64,000 nucleotides of DNA, taken from the NCBI GenBank assembly GCA_964464475.1, contig CAYXGG010000001.1:23174-87173 (forward strand), in the 5' to 3' direction. Below, one piece after another: positions 1 to 15,000 of the stretch; within the stretch, counting starts at the first letter, position 1; each line of letters starts with the position of its first letter. The notes under the pieces were generated by a model. That model did no database searches. It was not told where the DNA came from and worked only from the letters and a program-made list of their open reading frames with translations. Made by a program: the position numbers and the translations under genes. Source of the stretch: an uncultured Planctomycetales bacterium (lineage in GTDB: Bacteria; Omnitrophota; Gorgyraeia; Zapsychrales; JAHFFX01).

Positions 1-5
1 TTTAT

Positions 6-3000
6 ATGTGGGTTGAATCGGATAATGACCGGGTCGCTATTACGACCGGTGACGCGGCCACCTTGACCATTTATCGGCAAGATGGGTCAACCTCAGAAGC
101 TTCTTTAACAATGACCTTGGATGATACTAATGATTGGTGGAAATCCAATTCCTGGAACCCGTCTGACCCGCGGGACACTTACTTAGCCCGAGGTACCTGC
201 GAACAAGGAGTGAGTACCTACAACTTAACCACCGATGTGAATGTCGCTGCTCAGGCCGTTAACTGGACCGATATTTCCGACATTCGTACCAATATTGATA
301 AAGCCAATTGGGATGATTTAGGCGTTCTTACCAGTCAGGGAATTAATTGGAATGATTTGGCGAGTTTAACGACCGCTGCGGTCAATTGGCAGGATTTGGG
401 TGTGCTGACGACCCAAGGAGTTAATTATTCTGACTTTGGCGTACTGACGACGAGAGCGATCAATTGGGAAGATTTTAACGTGATGTCCATCCGCGGTGTT
501 AATTGGACGGATATCGCGGCGTTGCACGCGGTTGGCGTTAATTGGAATGATTTGTATTCATTGACCTCGGTGGCAGTCAACTGGGTGGATTTAGCCTTTA
601 TGACTTCCGCGGGGGTCAACTGGTCGGATATCGCTTATATGAGCGGATCCGGAACGAACTGGACGGCGAATGTCAATTGGGACTCGTTGGCGGAATTGAC
701 CAACGCGAGTGTTAACTGGAATGATATTTATTCCATGACTTCGAGAAACATTAATTGGGAAGATTTGAATGTCATGGCGTCCTTGGGGATTAACTGGACG
801 AATTATGCGGACATGACGCTGGTGGGAACTAATTGGAATGATATTAGTGTGTTGACCGCACGCGGTATTAACTGGAATGATGTGGGTGTTCTGACGAATT
901 TAGGCGCGAATTGGACTAACTTTGCCGATTTGACACTGGCTGGAACCAACTGGAATGATCTGACCGTCCTAACCTATGCCGCCGTCAACTGGGCTGATCT
1001 CTACGCGCTAACGACGGCCGGGGCTAACTGGAATGATTTGGGTGTTTTAACAACCGCCGGCGTGAATTGGAGTGATTTAACGGTACTCAGTCGCATTACG
1101 GTCAACTGGAATGATTTGAGTGTTTTAACGTCGCAGGGAGTTAACTGGAATGATCTCTCAACGTTAACAACCGTGGGGGTCAATTGGAACGATGTTAACG
1201 TCTTAACGACACGCGGCGTCAACTGGAACGATATTGGGATCATGACCACGCAAGGCGTTAATTGGAATGATATCAGTACCTTGACATCAACGGGCGTTAA
1301 TTGGAATGATTTAACTGTGTTGACCCGCGCGGGCGCTAATTGGGATGATTTGTATACCGTTTCTACTAAGGGGCTCAACTGGGATGAATTTCAAAGTATG
1401 ACCACCAAAGGAATTAACTGGAATAGCATCGCAGACATGTCGGCCGTCGGCGTTAACTGGAATGATATTGTTGTGCTGAGTTATGCGAGCGTTAACTGGG
1501 ACGGGATTCAGGCCATGTCGGTGGGAGGAGTTAATTGGAATGATTTAGGCACCATGTCCACGGCGGGTGTTAACTGGACGGGTATGTATGATTTGTCGGT
1601 GGCGAACACCAACTGGTCAGGTCTGAATGAGATGACCACCGCTGGCATTAATTGGACGGATGTAGGTGTTTTAAGTGCGCGCGGCATTAACTGGGATGGT
1701 ATCAATGAATTAAGCATCGGTCAGGTTAACTGGGACGGAATTCAAGCGTTATCTGTCGGGCTTGTCAATTGGACGGGTATTGCCGAGCTTTCTTATTCAG
1801 GGACAAACTGGACGGAGATTGATGTCTTGAGTCGCGCGCAGGTCAATTGGACCGGTATCCAGGATTTATCTTTTGGAGGCGTTAATTGGAATGATTTAAC
1901 GGTGTTGTCCCGCGCGGGCGCTAATTGGGATGATTTATCCGTTTTATCCGCGTCTGGCGTTAACTGGACCGATATTGACATTATGTCCGATGCCGGCGTT
2001 AACTGGAATGACCTTAGTGTTCTTACTTCTCGAGCCGTTAATTGGGAAGATCTGAACGTTATGACCACGCGGGGTGTTAATTGGGACGATTTGCAGGTGA
2101 TGAGCACTCGAGGCATTAATTGGGTCAGCTTGTACGACATGTCCGTGGCTAACATTAATTGGAATTCTTTAGAAGTTATGTCGACGTCCAACGTCAACTG
2201 GGTCGGCGTTTATGATATGTCGGCGTCAAACGTCAATTGGACGGGGATTTCCGAATTATCGATCGCCAATGTGAATTGGACCGGGGTCAATGAATTGACC
2301 GCGGCCGGTGTGAACTGGAACGATCTAGCCGTCTTTACCTCTGTCGGGACGAACTGGAATGATTTTAGCGTTATAACAAACACAGCTATTAACTGGACGG
2401 ATTTGGATTTGCTCTCCAAACAAGGGGTTAATTGGAACGATTTGGCGTCGATGACTAGCGCGGGCGTGAATTGGAATGATATTACAGTCTTGAGCCGTAC
2501 AGGCGTCAACTGGACTGGTATTTATGACATGTCGGTTTCTGGTGTAAATTGGGGAGGTATTCAGGATTTGTCCGTTGCCAATACGAACTGGACGGGGATT
2601 TATGATTTGTCCGTAGGTAACGTGAATTGGACGGGCATTCAATCGCTTTCGGAAGGTAACGTCAACTGGACTGATTTAGATGTTTTAAGTCGCTCCAATG
2701 TCAATTGGAATGATCTAACGGTCATGACGGCCACCGGGGTCAATTGGACCGGACTCAATGAATTAAGCGTGAGCGCTATTAATTGGACGGGGATTCAGGA
2801 CATGACGGCGGCCGGCGTTAACTGGAATGACCTTTCTGTTTTTAGTTACGCGCAAGTGAACTGGACTGAGATTGATAATTTAAGTCGCCAAGGAATCAAT
2901 TGGAATGATTTATCCGTTATGACGGCTTTGGGCGTGAACTGGACCAGTATCAATGATTTATCCAAAGCCGCTATTAATTGGGATGACATTACGGTGATGG

Positions 3001-6000
3001 GATACGCCGGCGTTAACTGGAATGATTTGTATTCGCTTTCAACAGCGAGTATTAATTGGAATGACTTTGCGGTTATGAATGCCACGGGGGTCAACTGGAG
3101 CGACTTAGATATTTTAAGCGAAGCGGGAATCAACTGGTTGGATATCGATGTGATGTCTCGTAATGGCGTTAATTGGAACGATTTGACTGTCATGACGCGC
3201 TCGGGTGTTAACTGGACCAATTTTTCTGACATGTCCGGGACCAACTGGACCAATATTAGTGATATGGCGGCGTCGGGGGTCAACTGGACCGGCTTTACTG
3301 ATCTATCAACGGCGGGGGTTAACTGGAATGACGTCGGGGTTATGTCATCTATCGGCGTCAATTGGAATGATTTGAACAGCTTGACAACGGCGGGGGTCAA
3401 CTGGAACGACCTGGAATCTTTAAGCAGAAAAGGCGTTAATTGGAATGATCTGGAAGTGATGTCCAATACCGGAATTAATTGGGATAATTTTTATGACATG
3501 ACCCAAGGTATTAATTGGAACAACATGTATGACTTGACTCGAGCGGGAGTTAATTGGAACGATTTGACGGTGATGACATCCTTGGGGGTTAATTGGAACG
3601 ATTTATATTCATTGTCTACGGTGGGAATTAATTGGAATGATATTGATGTCATGGCCAGAGCGGGGGTCAATTGGAATGATTTAAACTCTCTTGCCGCCGC
3701 AGGGGTGAACTGGACAGGCTTAAATGAAATTACGGTCTCCGGCGTTAACTGGAATGATATTAGTGTGCTGGCTGCGGCTGGTGTCAATTGGACGGACATT
3801 GATGTCATGAGTCGTACGAGTATTAACTGGGCGGAATTTTATACCTTAACGACTCAAGGCATTAATTGGGCGAGTATCGGTTCGATGACGACCGCAGGTA
3901 TCAACTGGAACGATATTGATACGTTAAGCCGTACGGGTGTGAATTGGGATGATTTGTACGCGCTGACCACGGCCACTATTAACTGGAATGATTTTAGCGT
4001 CATGACCAATACCGCGATCAACTGGTTGGATGTTGCCGTCATGCATAACTTGGGAGTCAATTGGTCTGACCTCGATGTGTTATCCCGGATCGGAATGAAC
4101 TGGAATGATTTGCAGGTCATTACTTCGACGGGAATCAACTGGGTGGATTTGGATATTTTAAGTGACGCTGGAGTCAACTGGGCGGACATTGATATCATGA
4201 GTGAGACGGGTATCAACTGGTCTGATTTAGACATTATGCATGACGCGGGGGTGAATTGGAATGACTTGGATGTGATGAGCGACGCGGGTGTTAATTGGAG
4301 TGATTTGACGGTGATGTCGCAGTCAGGGGTGAACTGGAACAATTTTTCACTGATGTCGGGCACTAATTGGACCAACATTAGTGATATGTCTCAGACATCC
4401 ATTAATTGGTACAGTATTGAAGAGATGTCCGGCGCGGGGGTCAACTGGAATAATTTTAGCGATATGGCGGGAGTCAGTATTAATTGGAATGACGTTGCCG
4501 TCATGGCGGCGACGGGTGTTAATTGGACCGATTTGGATATTCTGACCGAAGCCGGTGTTAACTGGAACGATTTGGATGCGCTGTCCAGAGCCGGTGTCAA
4601 CTGGAATGATTTGACGGTGATGAGTACCCGAGGGGTCAACTGGAACACGATTTATGACATGACGTCAGCGGGCATTAATTGGACGAATTTTGGGGACATG
4701 TCTTCTTCCAGTGTTAACTGGGATTCCATCGCCTTAATGGGATCTGCCAGCATTAACTGGGATGATTTTTATCTTCTGACGACTAAGGGTATCAACTGGG
4801 ACGATGTGGGACGCATGACCACAGTCGGCATTAACTGGAATGATATGACGGTTTTAACGCAAGCGGGTGTCAATTGGTCAGGATTAAATGAGTTAGCTGT
4901 ATCCAACGTTAACTGGACGGGTCTTCAAGATTTGTCGACGGCCAATGTCAATTGGAACGATTTGACTGTGTTAAGCTCGGCCGTTGTTAACTGGACGGAT
5001 TTGGCTGTCCTCTCTGAGTCGGGGGTCAATTGGAATGATCTCTCCGCGCTCAGCGTTGCGGGAGTGAATTGGAATGATATTAATGTTTTGTCTTCTCGGG
5101 GAATTAATTGGAATGATTTAGGTGTTTTAACTACTGCCGGGGCTAACTGGAATGACCTAACGGTGTTGACATCGGTTGGGGTCAACTGGAATGACCTGAC
5201 GGTCTTCTCTAATATGGGCATTAACTGGATTAATTATTCAGATTTAACAACGGCCGGAACAAATTGGTCGGACATAGAAGTGTTGTCTCGCGCTGGGGTT
5301 AATTGGAATGATTTGACTGTATTAGCTCAAGCGGGTGTCAATTGGACGGATTTAGATATTATGAGCGATGCGGGCGTTAATTGGGATGATTTGAATTCCT
5401 TGAGTCGAGCGGGAATTAATTGGTTGGAAATCGATACTTTGAGTCGCGCGGGGGTCAACTGGACGGGGCTAAATGAATTGGCGATTTCTAATGTGAATTG
5501 GACGGATCTTAATAGCATGACCACCGCCGGAGTGAATTGGGCGAGTCTATATGATCTTTCGGTCGCGGGTGTTAATTGGAATGATATCTCAGCCATGAGC
5601 TATCAAGGCGTTAATTGGAATGATTTTGGAGTCATGACGACTCAAACGATCAATTGGAATAATTTAACGGTAATGAGTAGCTCCGGTGTCAACTGGACGG
5701 ACATGGCTTACTTAACCACTTCGGGCGTTAACTGGGACAACATGAGCACCATGACCGGAGTCAACTGGACTAACGTTAGTGATATGGCGTCAGCCGGCGT
5801 TAACTGGGATAGTTTTGCGGAATTAGGAAGCGCTAATGTGAACTGGACCAACGTGAGTGACTTAAGTTATGCCGGGGTGAACTGGAATGATTTGGGTGCG
5901 ATGAGTGGGGCGGGTATCAATTGGACAGAAATTGATGTATTAAGTCGTGCCAGCGTCAACTGGACAGGCATTAATGATCTGTCCACGGCCGGCGTCAACT

Positions 6001-9000
6001 GGACGGATATGGGCGTGATGAGTTCTACGGGCGTTAACTGGACGGAGATTGATGTGCTGTCGCGTTCTGGTGTGAACTGGACGGGTATTAATGATTTATC
6101 GACTTCCGGCGTCAACTGGACGGATGTCGGATTATTAAGTAGCGCCGGGGTGAATTGGAATGATTTGTCGGTATTAACATCTACGGGCGTCAACTGGGCC
6201 GATTTGGACATCATGAGTGACGCGACCATCAACTGGGCGGATTTGGATATCATGCATGATGCGGGTATTAATTGGGAAGATTTTCAAGTCCTTACTTCTC
6301 GAGGGGTTAATTGGAATGACTTAGATGTGTTGAGCCGCGCGAATGTTAATTGGACCGGTATTAATGAAATGTCTATCGCGGGAGTTAATTGGACGGGCAT
6401 TAATGATTTATCCACCGCGGGAGTTAATTGGACGGATTTAGGGGTCCTGTCAACGGCTAGCGTTAACTGGAACGATCTGACGGTGATGACTAGTCTTGGG
6501 ATTAACTGGACGGACATGGGTGTCATGTCATCTTCCGGGGTCAACTGGGTAAACTTTAATGAAATGTCCGGTGTGAATTGGACTAACTTAGGCGAAATGT
6601 CAACCTCAGGATTAAATTGGAACGATTTAACGGTGATGTCATATAGCGGTGTTAATTGGGACAGTTTTGGCGCGATGAGCACCGCGGGCATTAACTGGAA
6701 TGATATTGGAACATTATCATCGGCAGGGGTTAACTGGACAGAAATTGATGTGTTATCTCGCGCGGGCGTTAACTGGTCGGGATTAAATGATTTATCTGTT
6801 GCCGGGGTCAACTGGAATGATTTATCCGTCATGAGCTCGGTGGGAGTTAATTGGACGGAAATTGACGTGCTGTCACGCGCTGGGGTCAACTGGACGGGGA
6901 TCAATGATTTGTCAACGGCTGGAATCAATTGGACGGATGTCGGATTATTAAGTAGCGCCGGGGTGAATTGGAATGATTTGACGGTATTAACGTCGGCTGG
7001 TGTTAATTGGGCCGATTTGGACATCATGAGTGACGCGAGTATTAATTGGGCGGATTTGGATATCATGCACGATGCGGGCGTGAATTGGGATGATTTGCAA
7101 TCCATGTCGACGAGAGGTGTTAACTGGACTGACATAGATGTCTTAAGTCGTGCGAATGTGAATTGGACGGGCATCAATGAATTATCCGTTGCCGGAGTCA
7201 ACTGGGTGGGGATGCAGGATTTGTCGATTGCCGGGGTCAACTGGACCGATATTGGCGTGATGGGAGCCACGGGTATTAACTGGACCGACTGGGACGTGAT
7301 GACGCGCGCGGGCATTAACTGGAATGATTTAAGTTCCATGTCTGCTTCCGGCGTAAATTGGGCTAACTTTTCAACGATGTCTGGGGTGAACTGGACCAGC
7401 ATTAGTGAAATGGCGTCGGCAGGAATTAACTGGGATAATTTCGCGGACATTGCAGCTGCCGGTGTCAACTGGGACAACGTTTCGGTGATGTCCTATTCTG
7501 GCATTAATTGGAATGATTTTGGGGTAATGTCATCCTCAAGTATTAACTGGACGGAAATTGATGTTTTAAGTCGCGCCGGAGTCAACTGGGTTGGCGTTAA
7601 TGATCTGTCTTTGGCGGGCGTCAACTGGAATGATTTATCGGTGATGAGTGGCGTTGGGGTTAACTGGACGGAAATTGATGTTTTAAGTCGCGCGGGTGTG
7701 AACTGGACAGGAATCAATGATTTGTCCGCCGCAGGGATCAACTGGACGGACATGGGAGTTTTGAGCGCGGCCGGTATTAACTGGACCGATATTGATGTGT
7801 TGAGTCGGACCGCGATTAACTGGAATGATCTTACCGCCATGACCACGACGGGTGTGAATTGGGCTGATTTAAATTATCTGACCAACCTGGGGCTAAACTG
7901 GAATGATATTCAGGTTATGTCGTCTCGGGGAATTAACTGGGATGATTGGACGGTGTTAAGTCGGGCGGGAGTTAACTGGGATGATTTTAATCGTTTATCA
8001 TCTTCCGGAATGAACTGGGAAGATATTCAAGTCATGACGACGCGCGGCATCAACTGGACCGACGTTGATACTTTAAGTGAAGCGGGCATTAACTGGCTTG
8101 GTGTTCAAGACCTTTCGGTGGGCGGAGTTAATTGGCTTGGGATGCAGGATCTTTCTATCGCCGGGGTCAATTGGAACGATCTCAACGTGATGAGTACTTC
8201 TGTCATCAATTGGACGGATTTTGGTGTCATGAGTGTTGCGGGTGTCAACTGGACGGATATGTCGGTGATGACGCAGGCCGGTGTGAATTGGTCGAACTTC
8301 TCAACGATGTCCGGGGTCAACTGGACCAGCATTGGCGAAATGGCTTCGGCTGGGGTTAATTGGGACAATTTTGCGGACGTCGCTAACGCGGGAGTCAACT
8401 GGGATAACGTGGGTGTGATGACCTACGCCGGTGTTAACTGGAATGATTTAGGTTCCATGACCTCGGCCAATATTAACTGGACGGAATTAGACGTGTTAAG
8501 CCGCGCCGGCGTCAACTGGGTTGGTGTTAATGATTTGGCAGCGGCGGGCGTTAACTGGAATGATTTGTCGGTGATGAGCGCGGTCGGCGTCAACTGGACG
8601 GAAATTGATGTCTTGAGTCGCGCGGGGGTCAACTGGACGGGAATTAACGAGTTATCCTCGGCGGGAGTGAACTGGACCGACCTCGGTGTTTTGAGTGGGG
8701 TTGGGATCAATTGGTTTGATTTGGATGTGTTGAGCCGTACGGGGGTGAACTGGTCTGATTTAGATGTGATGTCGGATGCCAGCATTAATTGGAATGATTT
8801 TCAGGCTTTATCGTCGACCGGCATTAATTGGAATGATTTGACGGTCATGAGCGCTCAGGGCGTTAACTGGACGGAAATTGATGTCTTAAGTCGCTCCGGC
8901 GTCAACTGGACTGGCATTCAGGATTTGTCCTTAGGGGGAGTCAACTGGACTGACTTGGGAACTTTGACGGCGGCGGGAATTAATTGGAATGATTTAAACG

Positions 9001-12000
9001 CGTTGTCCACAACGGGTGTTAACTGGAATGATTTGGATGTGTTAAGTCGCGCCGGCATTAATTGGCAGGATATGACGGTGATGACTAGCTCCGGAGTCAA
9101 TTGGTCGAATTTCTCTACTATGTCGGGCGTCAACTGGACTAGCATTGGCGAAATGGCGTCGGCCGGAATTAACTGGGACAATTTTGCCGATGTCGCGGCA
9201 GCAGGAGTCAACTGGGACAACATTGGCGTCATGACGTACGCCGGTATTAATTGGAACGACATGAGTTTGATGAGTTCCATTGGTGTGAATTGGAATGATT
9301 TGCAGGTGATGACTTCTCAAGGCGTCAACTGGACATCCTTTAATGATTTGACGGTAGCTGGGATCAACTGGACGGATATGGGCTCTATGACCACGGCGGG
9401 TATTAACTGGAATGATTTGGATACGTTAAGTCGTACCGGCGTGAACTGGACGGGGATTAACGAGCTTTCGGTGGCGGGTGTTAACTGGACCGATATTGGA
9501 GTTTTGAGCGCGGCGGGGGTCAATTGGACCGACTTGGATGTGTTGAGTCGCACGGGCGTCAACTGGCTGGATTTAGGGACGATGAGTGGTGCGGGCATTA
9601 ACTGGTCAGACTTGGATATCATGCATGACGCGGGCATTAACTGGACGGATATGGATGTGATGTCTCGCTCTGCTGTTAACTGGGCAAGTTTTGGCGAGAT
9701 GTCGGGCGTTAATTGGACCAGTATTGGGGACATGGCGTCTGCCGGTGTCAACTGGGATAATTTTGCGGATGTGGCTAACGCCGGCATTAATTGGGACAAC
9801 GTGGGAATCATGACCTATGCGGGGGTTAACTGGACGGAAATCAGCACACTTTCTGCAGCAGGAGTGAATTGGAATGATTTGAGTGTTTTAACGGGGGTCG
9901 GGATCAACTGGAATGACATCACCGTCATGTCTTCCCTAGGGATGAATTGGTATGATTTGGGCGTGATGGCTGCCATCGGAGTTAATTGGTCCGACCTGGA
10001 TGTTTTAACAAAGTCGGGCGTTAACTGGACCAATTTTACTGAAATGTCTACGGCGGGCATTAATTGGGCCAGCGTGAGTGACATGTCGGGCGTTAATTGG
10101 AACAATATCACTGAGATGTCGGTTTCGGGTATCAACTGGAGCGATATTGATGTGTTAAGTCGCAGTGGGATTAATTGGAACGATATCAGTGCTTTGGCTT
10201 CGACCGGAATCAACTGGCTGGATCTGGATATTATGAGCGACGCCGGCATCAATTGGAACGACATGCAGGCGTTAACCAACGCCGGCGTCAATTGGAACGA
10301 CATTAATGTGTTATCAACCATGGGCGTTAATTGGAGTAATCTGTACGACATGACGACGTTTGGGATTAACTGGTTAGATATTGATGCGCTGTCGCGTGCG
10401 GGCATTAACTGGACCGATATCCAAACCATGAGCACGACAGGCGTTAACTGGACCGATATCGATGTCTTAAGTGACGCGGGCGTTAATTGGAGCGAGCTGG
10501 ATGTCATTACCCGCATAGGGATCAACTGGAATGATTTGCAATCGTTGACCGCGGCAGGAGTCAACTGGTTGGATATTGGCCAAATGAGCAGCATCGGTAT
10601 CAACTGGACTGACATTCAGGCGATGAGTACGACGGGAGTAAACTGGACCAGCATTTATGATATGTCGGTTACGGGAATCAATTGGTTGGATATTGATGTG
10701 ATGAGTGACGCGGGGGTCAATTGGTCCAGCGTTTCTGACTTGTCTTCGGCGGGCGTGAATTGGAATGATATTGATGCGTTAAGCCGCACGGGGATTAATT
10801 GGAATGATTTGGGAACTTTAAGCGCAGCGGGGATTAATTGGATGGATATTGGGGTGTTAAGCACAACGGGCATTAACTGGATTGATATCGATATTCTTAG
10901 TGATGCGGGCATTAATTGGGCGGACTTGGATATTTTAAGTGATACAGGTATCAACTGGGCAGACATTGAGGTGATGGGACGTACGAACATCAACTGGTCA
11001 GACATTGGGAGCTTGAGCACCGCGGGAGTTAATTGGAATGATATCGACGCTTTAAGTCGCACGGGGATTAACTGGGCAGACCTCAATACGTTAACGACTC
11101 AGGGAATTAATTGGGCTAACGTTTACGATTTGTCCACCGCAGGTATTAATTGGGCGGAAATCGACACGTTAAGCCGTGCGGGAGTTAATTGGGCGGACTT
11201 GCAAACGATGAGCGTGGCGGGAGTTAACTGGTTGAGTTTTGAAGTCATGAGTAGTGTTGGCGTGAACTGGAATGACCTGGCGGTTATGCACGCTTCGGGG
11301 ATTAATTGGCAAGATTTTACGACCATGACGACGGCCGGAGTCAACTGGGACAATTTTGTGGGGATGTCGGGCGTCAACTGGGGAAGCATTGCGGACATGG
11401 CTTCGGCGGGCATTAATTGGGATAGTTTTAGCGAAGTTTCCGCGGCCGGCGTTAATTGGGATAACATCGGGGTGATGGCAGGAGTCGGGATTAACTGGAA
11501 TGATATCAGTAGCCTATCGTCTTCTGGGGTTAACTGGAATGATATTCAAACTTTGAGTTCTTCGGGAGTTAATTGGACTAATTTTACAGAAATGTCCACG
11601 GCGGGGATTAACTGGGCTAGCGTGAGTGATATGTCTGGTGTGAATTGGAACAACATTACGGAAATGTCCACCGCTGGCATTAATTGGAATGACATTGATG
11701 TCTTAAGTCGAACGGGCGTCAACTGGGCCAATATGTACGAGATGTCGACCATGGGTATTAATTGGGCGGACATCGATGTGATGAGCGATATGGGCGTTAA
11801 TTGGTATGACATTGAACGGATGAGCACCGTTGGGCTTAACTGGCAAGACCTCGACATTATGTCGGACGCGGGTATTAATTGGAATGATTTGCAGTCGCTC
11901 AGTAACGCTGCGATCAATTGGTCTGACTTAGACATCATGACGGAAGCAGGTGTCAATTGGAACGATATTTCGGCGATGTCTTCGTTGGGAGTGAATTGGA

Positions 12001-15000
12001 ATAATCTTTATGATTTGAGTGTGGCGGGGGTTAACTGGCATGATATTGATGTGATGACCAGAAACGGTATCAATTGGTTGGATATCGACATCATGGTCCG
12101 AGCGGGCATCAATTGGGGTGACCTTAGCGTTTTAACCGCTCAAGGGGTCAACTGGAACAACCTTTATGATTTGAGTGTCGCGGGAGTAAATTGGAATGAT
12201 TTTACCGTCATTACTAATACGGGTATCAACTGGCTGGATCTGCAAGTCTTAAGCGCTCAAGGCATCAACTGGTTAAATTTTGACGATCTTTCAAAGGCCG
12301 GTATTAACTGGACAGACATCAATACTTTGAGCAGCGCCGGTATTAATTGGTCCGATGTCAGTACTATGTCAGCAGCGGGAGTTAACTGGTTAGATATTGA
12401 TACGTTATCTAGGACGGGAATTAATTGGAGCGACTTAGATGTTTTAAGTGATACGGGAATTAATTGGGCGGAGATCGACGTGTTAAGTCGCACCGGCATC
12501 AATTGGAATGACATTCAAGTTTTATCGGCACAGGGCATGAATTGGGCGAGCTTAGATGAAATGACCAAGGCCGGGATTAACTGGCTGGATATTGAATCGA
12601 TGAGTGTTAAAGGAATTAATTGGAATGATATTCAAACGATGAGCGTTTTGGGTATCAATTGGAACAATATTGATGAATTGTCCAAAGCCGGTGTTAATTG
12701 GACAGACATTGATTTAATGAGTGATACCGGTATCAACTGGTATGACGTTGAGCGACTAAGCGCTGTCGGTATTAATTGGAGTGACTTGAATGTTATGTCC
12801 ACTCAGGGGGTTAACTGGTTGGACATTGAGCGCATGAGCAATAATGGGGTCAATTGGACGGACATTTCGCTCATGTCCGGATCTGGCATTAATTGGGCTA
12901 ACTTCGCAGATATGTCGGGGGTCAATTGGTCCAGCATCAGTGACATGGCGGCGGCGGGCATTAACTGGGATAGTTTTGCGGATGTAGCCAACGCGGGCAT
13001 TAATTGGGAAAACGTTGGGGTCATGTCTTACTCGGGCATTAACTGGAATGACCTAAGCGTGATGTCTACCACCGGCATGAATTGGCTGGATATTGAACGC
13101 ATGTCCGGAACCGGTATCAACTGGTATGACATCGAGACTTTAAGCGGCACAGGTATTAATTGGTTGGACATCGATATTATGTCGGATGCCGGCATTAACT
13201 GGGGTGATTTGGATGTGTTAAGTCGGGCTGGCGTTAACTGGGCTGATATCGATGTGATGACCGAGCAGGGCGTCAATTGGGCTAATGTTTATGACCTGAC
13301 GGTCGCGGGCATTAATTGGAATGATATCGATGCGTTGAGTCGTACCGGAATCAACTGGGATGATTTGGCTTATATGGCGAATTCGGGTGTCAATTGGTCG
13401 GACATGTCAACCATGTCGGCGAGCGGTGTCAATTGGAATGATATTGCCACACTTTCCGCGACCGGGATTAATTGGCTGGATTTCGACGTGATGAGCGATG
13501 CGGGTATTAATTGGGTTAGCGTCAATGATTTGTCGCAAGCCGGTATCAACTGGTTGGATTTACAAACCATGAGCGTCACGGGAATTAACTGGGGGGATTT
13601 TGGTGTCTTAAGCGCGGCGGGCGTCAACTGGTTAAATGTGGGTGAGATGAGTTCTTCAGGAGTTAATTGGTATGACATTCAGACGTTAAGCGCTGTCGGC
13701 ATTAACTGGAGTGATATTGGCGTCTTGAGCGCAACGGGCATTAACTGGTTAGATATCGATGTCTTGAGTGATATGGGCGTTAACTGGTCAAGTATAGATG
13801 AGCTTTCCAAAGCTGGAATTAATTGGACGGACATTGATACGCTAAGCGACGCCGGAGTGAACTGGAGTGATTTTGCTTCTTTGACCGCGGCGGGAATTAA
13901 TTGGATAGACATCGACGCTTTAAGTGATGCCGGTATCAATTGGTTGGACATTGAAATTTTAGGGTCGCGCGGGATCAATTGGAATGATTTATCAACGATG
14001 AGTGCGGCCGGAATTAACTGGTATGACGTGCAAACGCTAAGTGAAACCGGCATCAACTGGAGCGATATTGGGGTGTTAAGTTCTGCCGGTGTTAACTGGT
14101 CAGATTTGGATATCATGAGTGACACCGGCATCAACTGGTTAGATTTCCAATTTATGAGTGTTTCCGGCGTCAATTGGGCGGATTTGGACATTATGACCGA
14201 TGCCGGCATAAATTGGGCTAGCATGGAAGTGATGACCGCGTCTGGAATCAACTGGGTAAACTTTAGCGATATGTCTTTTGTGAATTGGTCCACGATCAGT
14301 GAAATGTCGGCCGCGGGCATCAATTGGGATAACATTGGGGTGATGGCGGCATCCGGCATTAACTGGGACGATATTGGCTCCATGACGACTTCGGGTGTCA
14401 ACTGGTTAAGTGTCGGAGATCTATCGGCAGCGGGAATCAATTGGAATGATATTGAAAAGATGAGCACGCAGGGCGTCAATTGGAATGATTTAAACGTGAT
14501 GGCTTCTGCCGGTATTAACTGGTCCGATTTCTCCGTGTTGACTCAGTCGGCTATTAACTGGCAGAATTTTGCCGAAATGTCGGGCATTAATTGGACGAGT
14601 ATCGGCGATATGGCGGCTGCGGGTATTAATTGGGATAATTTCTCCGACGTCGCTAACGCGGGGATCAATTGGGACAACATCGCGGAAATGTCGTATACCG
14701 GAGTGAACTGGTTTGACTTTGAACGTTTGTCAACCGCCGGTATCAATTGGAACGACGTTTTTGCCATGAGCTCGACAGGAATTAACTGGAATGATCTGAG
14801 CGTCTTCTCCACCACGGGTGTCAATTGGAATGACATTTACACCATATCAACAACCGGTATCAATTGGTTTGATATCGAATCCATGAGTAACATGGGTGTC
14901 AATTGGACGGACTTGGACATTATGAGTGACGCCGGTGTGAATTGGGCGGACATTCAGATGATGGGGACGCTGGGCGTCAATTGGACTGATTTAAGTACTA